From the sequence record OY978111.1: DNA of 32,000 bases; one strand, given 5' to 3'. The notes beneath the pieces were generated by a model. That model saw nothing but the letters and a program-made list of their open reading frames with translations, was not told the origin of the DNA and ran no database searches. The first letter of the stretch is position 1. Every line of letters starts with the position of its first letter. This document shows positions 11,108-18,387 of the stretch, in pieces. Made by a program: the position numbers and the translations under genes.

Positions 11108-11139
11108 AAGGTCAGCGACGTTACACTTTGCAGAAGGGC
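11108..11139 (+). repeat. CAGCGACG...CTTCGCAGAAGG family short dispersed repeat
   Basis: AAGGTCAGCGACGTTACACTTTGCAGAAGGGC. Confidence 0.7.
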
Positions 11140-11547
11140 TCTGATTTAACTTCACTTCGAATATATATACTTTAGTATACGCGAAATAAAGAAAAAAACC
11201 AAATAACAGATCTATACTTTCAAAACAAAAATTAATTTTTTTCTTTTCAAATACTTTTTTACTTTCACTTAGATAAGCCCGAAGTAAACCAATTCTTTTT
11301 CGAAAGAAGTAAAAATTCCTCGACAAGTTTTTCAGAGCATGCTAGCATTGACTACGAGATTCATCCGTCTAGAGACTTCAACTTAAAATCATGTCAGAAC
11401 TGAAAAGGGGCAGCATTATGGGTTGAAAATGCTTTGAGATATGATGAGTCTCTCTATTTTTGTTAATAAAATACTTTAATCTTTTTAACGAGTTTATACT
11501 CGTTGGCATCGCCGAGGCAATACATCGGCGATATCATTATTTATCAT

Positions 11548-11619
11548 AGGCGGCACCCAGATTCGAACTGGGGACTAGAGGATTTGCAATCCACTGCCTT
11601 ACCACTTGGCTATACCGCC
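11548..11619 (-). tRNA. trnC-GCA: tRNA-Cys (anticodon GCA)
   Basis: The reverse complement reads GGCGGTATAGCCAAGTGGTAAGGCAGTGGATTGCAAATCCTCTAGTCCCCAGTTCGAATCTGGGTGCCGCCT. Anticodon loop TTGCAAA, T-loop GTTCGAATC. Confidence 0.92.
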
Positions 11620-11790
11620 CAAAGACTGTGCTTTTAGTTAGCTCGAAAAAGTTTTTGTTTGTCTCCACATAACGTGCGAGTCTTTTCTTCACATAAAGAA
11701 AGCTGAGGTCATCTCACTCTCTTCTAACCTATTTATGTTGTTTGTGTAAAGAATCTTCACAACGCGACAAATCTAATTGAGAGATTTAAA

Positions 11791-11823
11791 AATCAGCGAA
11801 GCTGCGCTTTACAGAAGAGGGTC
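11791..11823 (+). repeat. CAGCGACG...CTTCGCAGAAGG family short dispersed repeat
   Basis: AATCAGCGAAGCTGCGCTTTACAGAAGAGGGTC. Confidence 0.7.
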
Positions 11824-11898
11824 GATCTATTTCGAACCGTTTTCGTTCTGAATTTTTTTTAGGCTAAAGCATCTTGAAGACGTTTTTAAAGAACGTCT

Positions 11899-11907
11899 TG
11901 ATATAGT
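11899..11907 (+). promoter_or_regulatory. Candidate extended -10 promoter (TGaTATAGT) upstream of rpoB
   Basis: TG at 11899-11900, one spacer nt, then TATAGT at 11902-11907, 18 nt before the rpoB ATG. Overlaps the recurrent TAGTATACCA motif. Confidence 0.25.
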
Positions 11908-11924
11908 ATACCAAAAACCAACGT

Positions 11925-14900
11925 ATGGCGGATAAAATTACAATTGCATCGAAAGAAACAAAATTTTTTCCAGTCCTCCCAGATTTAGTTGGGCTGCAGT
12001 ATGGAAGTTTTCAACAATTTGTGGCAAAAGGGTTTGTGGAAGCATTAAACCCGGTGAATCCATTGATTTGTAAATACGGTGAAAATTCTTTCACACTTCG
12101 ATTTTTTCCAGAAAAAATTCAATTCACACAACCAAAAGGAACGGAAAAAGATGCTCTAAAGTTTGGGAAAACTTATGGGTGTTGTGTGTATATTCCAACT
12201 TTACTCACTTCTACGCAATGGACTGAACCTAAAATGGAATGGGTTTTTCTTGGCTTTCTTCCCATTATGACCAAAGCGGGTCACTTTGTTATCAATGGAA
12301 TTCCCCGCGTAGTTTTATACCAAATGATTCGAACACCAGGAGTATATAAACTTTGGAAAGATTCACGCACCGGTGTTCCAACGGTTCGAATCGTACCCGA
12401 ACAAGGAAGTTGGTTAAATATTACAATCGACAAAAAAAACAAGGTTTGGGTCACAACTCGACTTTTACGACGAAAAATTTCCGTTCTAGTGTTTCTCCAA
12501 GCTCTCGGCATTTCATTTAAAGAACTACAAACTCGACTTGATCAAGCCCATTTATTAAATAAAAGTCTTTTGAAATCGTTAAACACAGACTTAGAATCAA
12601 CGAAAAAAACACGCCAAGGCCGAATTTACGAGCGTGCTAAATTAACTGATCATCCCCAAACACAAGCAGAAGCATGCCGATATATTTATGCACACGTTCA
12701 AGAATATTCATCTATTGGACGCGATCAGCCGATTACAAATGAAACCGCATTGAAATTTTTTCAGACTGTAGTTTGGAATGAAAAGACGCGAAATTTAGGT
12801 ATTCTTGGTCGTGAACAATTTCGAGGGAAATTAGGAAGTGTCACTCCAAAACATCACACGTTTGTAACGGCCGATGATATGGTTCGGGCAACAGGTAGTC
12901 TACTCGACTTACTTTCTGGGAAAAAAGGCGATGATATTGATAGTTTAACAAATAAACGTGTTCGTGGGTGTCAAGAATTTTTAAAAGATCAACTTGTTCG
13001 AGGAGTAAAGGAATTTGAAGCCGGCTTCGCACGAAAATTACTTCTTGGTTCTCAAAACGATGTAGATACTGTCTGGAAATACCAAAAATCAAGCTTGGCC
13101 AAGTCAGTCAGTAAAGCTTGGAAAAGTTTTTTCACTAGTGGAACATTAGCTCAATTTTTAGATGAAACTAATCCACTAGCAGAAACTACTCATAAACGCA
13201 GAATGACTGTACTTGGGCCTGGTGGGGTGAGCGGGAAACAAAGTACAATTCAAATTCGCGGTATTCATCCAACCTATTATGGCCGTTTATGTCCAATTGA
13301 AACCCCCGAAGGCCAAAACGCTGGGCTTGTAAATTCATTAACCGTATTTTCTCGACCAAATTTTCTTGGGTTTTTAGAAACACCTTTTTATACGGTGTAT
13401 CGCGGACAAGTTCAAAAATTAAGCAATCCTAAATTTTATGTTCCATCTGATGAATCTTCTTTTCTTTTAGCACCTGCTGATATTGATGTTTCTGAAACAT
13501 TAACTTTTCCAAAAACTAAGATTCCAGTTCGAAAAAACTTAAAATTTGAATACGGTATATGGAATCAGATTACAAATCAATCAATCGGGATTTTACAAAT
13601 GATTTCGATTGCCACGAGCTTAATTCCATTTCTTGAACATGATGATGCCAATCGTGCTTTGATGGGCTCGAATATGCAACGTCAGGCTGTTCCGGTGATT
13701 CAACCAGACGAACCTTATGTACAAACCGGTCTTGAAAGTCGTGTGATTTCAGATGTTCAGCATTCAGTGCATACAAATTCTAGTGGGTATATTACTTCCG
13801 TAAATGCTCGTAATATAAAAATATATACACCATCACAAGCGTTGCCAAGCAATACAATAGATGGTGAAACTTTTGCGCCACTGCGTTTATTTGATAACAA
13901 AGAGATAGAAAGAAGCAGCACAGCGAGTATCGCTATTTCAAAACAAAAGTTTTCTCTCACAACTCGCCACTTTTTCTCTAATACACACCACTTGCCAGTT
14001 ACTCAACTTCAAAGTCAAATACCACAGCCTGGATCTTCATCTTCAGTCAAACAAGGACAGCAAAGCTGCCGCATTGTACCAAGAACGGGAGGGTTAAAAA
14101 AAACCGTTTCTACGATCGCCTTTGACCTCTATCAACGCACAAATCAAAGCACATGTAAATCACATCGACCAACAGTTTTTGAAGGGGAATGGGTCCAAAA
14201 ATTTGATCTTTTAGCGGATGGAGCTGCGAGTCAAAAAGGAAAAATAGCCTTAGGTAAAAATATTCTTGTCGCGTATTTACCTTGGGAAGGCTATAATTTT
14301 GAAGATGCAATTCTAATTAGTGAGCGATTAGTACGTGACGACGTTTTTACATCACTGCATCTTGATTATTATGAACTTGAAGTTAAAAATACACAATACG
14401 GACTTGAAACAATCACAAGACAACTTCCTATTGATGTGACTGATTCAGATATGGACCTCCTTCGAATTCAACGTCTGGAATTAAATGGACTTCTGCCCGT
14501 TGGCAGTTGGGTTGAAGAAGGTGATTATTTAGTTGGCAAAATAACACCAATGAACCCGAAAGGGCCTTCGGTTCATCATCAATATGAAAAATTGTATAAC
14601 GTGATTATGCAAAGAGAAAACACGACCGTTCGTAATACAAGTCTTCGAGTTCCAAAAGGAGTTGAAGGTTTTGTATTTGCAGTAGAAGTACTGCCTCCGA
14701 AAGAAGCTGATGTGAGTGCTATAGCCCCAAAAAATGCTATTTTACGTGTTCGCGTGGCTCTTCTTCAACGGCGTAAAATTCAAGTCGGAGATAAAATGGC
14801 AGGACGCCATGGAAATAAAGGTATTGTTTCAAAGATTTTACCAGAGTATGACATGCCGTATTTACCAGATGGTCGTCCAGTTGATATTGTTTTAAATCCA

Positions 14901-15587
14901 TTGGGAGTGCCTTCTCGAATGAATGTTGGTCAGATTTTGGAATGTCTTCTTGGGTTAGCAGGGTCGTACTTAAACGAATCATATACTATGAAATTATTCG
15001 ATGAACAAGTAGGAGCGGAAGCCTCACGTAGTTTTGTCTATTCCAAACTATTTGAAGCGTCGGTAAAAACAAGAAATTCATGGCTTTTTGAACCCCATCA
15101 TCCTGGAAAAATGAAACTTTTTGATGGCCGAACTGGGCTACCATTTGATCAAGCTATTTCAGTTGGATGTACGTATATGCTGAAATTAGTTCATTTGGTA
15201 GATGATAAAATTCATGCTCGTTCAACAGGACCTTATTCTGCCATAACACAACAACCAGTTCGAGGTCGATCTCGGAAAGGTGGGCAACGTGTCGGAGAAA
15301 TGGAAGTCTGGGCTTTACAAGCTTATGGGGCTGCAGCTATTCTTCAAGAACTTTTAACCATTAAATCTGACGATGTTGATGGAAGAAAAGAAGCAGTGTT
15401 TCGAATTTATACGAATCAACCAATTCAATTCGGACCGCCAGAAAGTTTTCGTGTTTTAATTCGAGAACTTCAAGCATTATGTTTTGATTTAAAATTATTT
15501 ACAAAACTCCCACCACAGAGCAAATTGAGCAATCCAAGATTACACGCAAGTTTTGCTGAACTTGAGATTCTTCAAAATCTTACCTAG
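11925..15587 (+). CDS. rpoB: Plastid-encoded RNA polymerase beta subunit, 1220 aa, unsplit
   Basis: Conserved blocks GRLCPIETPEGQNAGLVNSL, NRALMGSNMQRQAVP, MAGRHGNKGIVSKILP and LVDDKIHARSTGPYSAITQQP. Contains a non-conserved internal expansion (see findings). Confidence 0.97.
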   Translation: MADKITIASKETKFFPVLPDLVGLQYGSFQQFVAKGFVEALNPVNPLICKYGENSFTLRFFPEKIQFTQPKGTEKDALKFGKTYGCCVYIPTLLTSTQWTEPKMEWVFLGFLPIMTKAGHFVINGIPRVVLYQMIRTPGVYKLWKDSRTGVPTVRIVPEQGSWLNITIDKKNKVWVTTRLLRRKISVLVFLQALGISFKELQTRLDQAHLLNKSLLKSLNTDLESTKKTRQGRIYERAKLTDHPQTQAEACRYIYAHVQEYSSIGRDQPITNETALKFFQTVVWNEKTRNLGILGREQFRGKLGSVTPKHHTFVTADDMVRATGSLLDLLSGKKGDDIDSLTNKRVRGCQEFLKDQLVRGVKEFEAGFARKLLLGSQNDVDTVWKYQKSSLAKSVSKAWKSFFTSGTLAQFLDETNPLAETTHKRRMTVLGPGGVSGKQSTIQIRGIHPTYYGRLCPIETPEGQNAGLVNSLTVFSRPNFLGFLETPFYTVYRGQVQKLSNPKFYVPSDESSFLLAPADIDVSETLTFPKTKIPVRKNLKFEYGIWNQITNQSIGILQMISIATSLIPFLEHDDANRALMGSNMQRQAVPVIQPDEPYVQTGLESRVISDVQHSVHTNSSGYITSVNARNIKIYTPSQALPSNTIDGETFAPLRLFDNKEIERSSTASIAISKQKFSLTTRHFFSNTHHLPVTQLQSQIPQPGSSSSVKQGQQSCRIVPRTGGLKKTVSTIAFDLYQRTNQSTCKSHRPTVFEGEWVQKFDLLADGAASQKGKIALGKNILVAYLPWEGYNFEDAILISERLVRDDVFTSLHLDYYELEVKNTQYGLETITRQLPIDVTDSDMDLLRIQRLELNGLLPVGSWVEEGDYLVGKITPMNPKGPSVHHQYEKLYNVIMQRENTTVRNTSLRVPKGVEGFVFAVEVLPPKEADVSAIAPKNAILRVRVALLQRRKIQVGDKMAGRHGNKGIVSKILPEYDMPYLPDGRPVDIVLNPLGVPSRMNVGQILECLLGLAGSYLNESYTMKLFDEQVGAEASRSFVYSKLFEASVKTRNSWLFEPHHPGKMKLFDGRTGLPFDQAISVGCTYMLKLVHLVDDKIHARSTGPYSAITQQPVRGRSRKGGQRVGEMEVWALQAYGAAAILQELLTIKSDDVDGRKEAVFRIYTNQPIQFGPPESFRVLIRELQALCFDLKLFTKLPPQSKLSNPRLHASFAELEILQNLT

Positions 15588-15613
15588 TGGTTATATACTT
15601 GAGTCCTTTTTTC

Positions 15614-15633
15614 AAAGCGAAGCGTCGCTGACT
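15614..15633 (-). repeat. Same family, partial copy in inverted orientation (rpoB-rpoC1 spacer)
   Basis: The reverse complement reads AGTCAGCGACGCTTCGCTTT. Confidence 0.55.
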
Positions 15634-15788
15634 TTTTAGATACCTCTAGAATTGTTTGAGAGTATGTTACAGCAATGCTACGCTGTCTATAATTTTTATT
15701 TTTTACACAAACATAGAAGCACGTCTTATTTAATCCACTTAAGTTAAAAAAGTTTTTAAATATACAGCTAATGTAAGGTTTTACTTTA

Positions 15789-15811
15789 CGACGCTGCACT
15801 TCTCGAAGAGA
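15789..15811 (+). repeat. Same family, diverged copy (rpoB-rpoC1 spacer)
   Basis: CGACGCTGCACTTCTCGAAGAGA. Confidence 0.5.
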
Positions 15812-15820
15812 TGATATTGC

Positions 15821-15853
15821 TTCTTGTTTATAGTTTTTAACTATAAACAAGAA
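15821..15853 (+). promoter_or_regulatory. Hairpin in the rpoB-rpoC1 spacer, directly upstream of the rpoC1 ribosome-binding region
   Basis: TTCTTGTTTATAGTT-ttt-AACTATAAACAAGAA, a 15-bp perfect stem. It is followed by an A12 run (15852-15863), AGAGG, and ATG 15875. Confidence 0.45.
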
Positions 15854-15874
15854 AAAAAAAAAAGAGGTTTTTCG

Positions 15875-18292
15875 ATGCAAAAACGAGAAAGTAGAAATTT
15901 TCACCAGTTGGAAATCGGGCTCGCCTCTCCAAAAGAAATCAGATACTGGGGGGAAAGGGTCCTACCGAACGGCGAAAGCGTAGGCGAAGTTACTAGCTGG
16001 GAAACTGTCAATTACAAAACATTAAAACCAGAGCCAAACGGCTTATTTTGTCAGAAAATTTTTGGTCCAGTGGTTGATTATACTTGTGCTTGTGGAAAAA
16101 AAGCAGGGAAATTAACTGTTGCAACCCAAGGGACTGATACCGCATTTCCTAAACGAAATTTTTGCCCGAAATGTGGGGTAGAACGAACAACTTCTCAAGT
16201 TCGTCGAACTAGAATGGGATTTATTCATTTAAAGCAACCACTTGCTCATACCCTTTACGCATCCCAGAAACCTTCTCCTTTAGCTTTATGTCTAAATTGG
16301 CCCAATCGAAAACTTCAAACTGTTCTTTATGCAACTGAATTTAGTCATTTATCTCCATCTTTTGAGTATTTTAATAATGAACGATTTAGTCCTTATGCTA
16401 TTAGCTGGGAACGATCTAATTTCTTAATTTCTCCGAAAGAACCGAAAGAAAATGATTCATTAAAAAGCCTCTCACGGATTACACTATCAGAATCTTCGAC
16501 TAGTTCTATGTTGTTTTTTTTACAACAAACTCCTGTCAAATTAAGTCCGAAACAGCCAAAACTATTTCGATCATCAACTCAGCAAAAACGTGCTATTTTT
16601 CAAACACTATATTCGAAAAAAGCGCTCCCTTTTTCTACTGGGTTATATGGGGTACGTCACGATATGACGTGGCGTGAAGTTGAGGCTTTTCAATGTTTTT
16701 TAATGTATATGTGGGAATACTCAAAACAAACCGATGGACTAATTCCCCACTATTCGGTGATGCAGAAGACTAAAAAATCAGATAGATATCGTGCTCTTCA
16801 CCCTCAATATTTTCCAATACAAACAGGGGCAGGGGTATTTCAAAAACTTCTTTCTTATTATGATCTTGTAGGTCTTCAAAGACAGATGGCATTAGATATT
16901 AAAGAAGTACAAGTAACTATAAGATATCTTACTCAACAAATTGATCGTTATGAGTCAGTTGGATGGGAAGAAACCAAAGAATGTAAAAAATACAAGAAAC
17001 AGCGCAATAAATTTTCCGAGCTTGAAAAAATGTTCCTCCGTCGATTAAATTATTTTAGGGATTTTTACAAAGCAAAAAGTCGACCGGAATGGATGATTTT
17101 AAGTTATTTACCAGTGTTACCACCGGGACTTCGGCCCATTACTTCAATTCGTGGGGAATTAGTAATTTCAGATCTCAATAGTTTATATCGTAAAGTGTTA
17201 ACTCGAAATCGGCGACTTGTAAGCTCCACTCGATTTGGTATTTTTGATACTGCTTTAAGCGGAAGTTGGGCATCTTGGTGTTATAATCTCCGTCAAGTTC
17301 AAGAAGCTGTAGATAGTTTATTAAAAACAGGCAAAGTAGACTCTGGAAAAACTACCAAATCACTCTTAGATGCTTTAAAAGGCAAACGAGGTCGTTTTCG
17401 CCAACATCTTTTAGGCAAACGTGTTGATTATTCTGGTCGGTCTGTAATTGTAGTTGGCCCAAAATTAAAAATTTATGAGTGCGGTTTACCAAAAAAAATG
17501 GCGATCGAATTATTTCAACCATTTTTAATCCAACAATTACGAAATAAAGGTATTGCTTTTACAACAACGGGAGCAAAAGCTCTTATTCTTGAACAAAAAC
17601 CAATTATTTGGACTCTCCTTCGTGAAATTTTACAGAGTCATCCAGTATTACTAAATAGAGCACCAACTCTCCATCGTTTAGGAATTCAAGCCTTTCTTCC
17701 AAAATTAGTTGATGGAAAAGCTATTTTATTACATCCACTTGTATGTCCAGCCTTTAATGCGGATTTCGACGGCGATCAAATGGCAGTCCACATTCCACTT
17801 TCACCTGCTGCACGCGCAGAAGCTTTTAATTTAGTCTTAGCGTCCAATCATTTGTTATCACCCGCATTAGGAAACCCACTACTTTTACCAACCCAAGATA
17901 TGATTTTGGGCTGTTATTATTTAACAATTTCAAAAGAACGACAAGAGAAACGAATTTACTCAAGCTCAAAATCCGTTTTTCTTATCAATAAAGTTGACAT
18001 TTATTACTTTAATTTTGAACAAGTAATTCATGACTATCAAATACATCGACTTGGATTACATACACCAATTTGGGTTATTTGGAATAAAAAAGTTCAAAGT
18101 TTACTTCAACCAAACCAACGAAATTCCCCTTTAGAAGTCAGAGTTTCTCCATCCGGAAAAACTGAATATTTTTATTTCGAAAAATATAAAATTCAGTTTT
18201 CTCATTCTGTCACTCAATTTACTTCCCCGCAGGAGTGTTTTATTCGGACAACTCCCGGAAGAATTCTTTTTTCTCAAAAAACTTTTCAATAA
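15875..18292 (+). CDS. rpoC1: Plastid-encoded RNA polymerase beta-prime (N-terminal part), 805 aa from ATG 15875
   Basis: MQKRESRNFHQLEIGLASPKEIRYWGER, a Zn-finger CACGKK...FCPKCGVE, LPVLPPGLRP, and the catalytic NADFDGDQMAVH. AGAGG lies 8 nt upstream of ATG 15875. The track ORF start at 15824 sits inside a hairpin. Confidence 0.95.
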   Translation: MQKRESRNFHQLEIGLASPKEIRYWGERVLPNGESVGEVTSWETVNYKTLKPEPNGLFCQKIFGPVVDYTCACGKKAGKLTVATQGTDTAFPKRNFCPKCGVERTTSQVRRTRMGFIHLKQPLAHTLYASQKPSPLALCLNWPNRKLQTVLYATEFSHLSPSFEYFNNERFSPYAISWERSNFLISPKEPKENDSLKSLSRITLSESSTSSMLFFLQQTPVKLSPKQPKLFRSSTQQKRAIFQTLYSKKALPFSTGLYGVRHDMTWREVEAFQCFLMYMWEYSKQTDGLIPHYSVMQKTKKSDRYRALHPQYFPIQTGAGVFQKLLSYYDLVGLQRQMALDIKEVQVTIRYLTQQIDRYESVGWEETKECKKYKKQRNKFSELEKMFLRRLNYFRDFYKAKSRPEWMILSYLPVLPPGLRPITSIRGELVISDLNSLYRKVLTRNRRLVSSTRFGIFDTALSGSWASWCYNLRQVQEAVDSLLKTGKVDSGKTTKSLLDALKGKRGRFRQHLLGKRVDYSGRSVIVVGPKLKIYECGLPKKMAIELFQPFLIQQLRNKGIAFTTTGAKALILEQKPIIWTLLREILQSHPVLLNRAPTLHRLGIQAFLPKLVDGKAILLHPLVCPAFNADFDGDQMAVHIPLSPAARAEAFNLVLASNHLLSPALGNPLLLPTQDMILGCYYLTISKERQEKRIYSSSKSVFLINKVDIYYFNFEQVIHDYQIHRLGLHTPIWVIWNKKVQSLLQPNQRNSPLEVRVSPSGKTEYFYFEKYKIQFSHSVTQFTSPQECFIRTTPGRILFSQKTFQ

Positions 18293-18302
18293 GATCTTTG
18301 AT

Positions 18303-18324
18303 AAGCTGCGCTTTACAGCAGGAA
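18303..18324 (+). repeat. Same family, partial copy (rpoC1-rpoC2 spacer)
   Basis: AAGCTGCGCTTTACAGCAGGAA. It shares GCTGCGCTTTACAG with 11801-11814. Confidence 0.6.
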
Positions 18325-18387
18325 TTCTGATTTCTTGATAGGTACCAGTAAAAAAAAAGAAGTATTATCAACGGAGTTTTTAAAAGT

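Noticed and set aside
11045-11326. 93-aa minus-strand ORF in the clpP-trnC spacer
   Set aside because: Low-complexity K/F/L-rich translation of AT-rich DNA that runs through a dispersed repeat. No motif and no RBS context.
15584-15904. 106-aa minus-strand ORF spanning the rpoB-rpoC1 spacer
   Set aside because: It overlaps the rpoB 3' end and the rpoC1 5' end in antisense, and is an AT-rich low-complexity translation.
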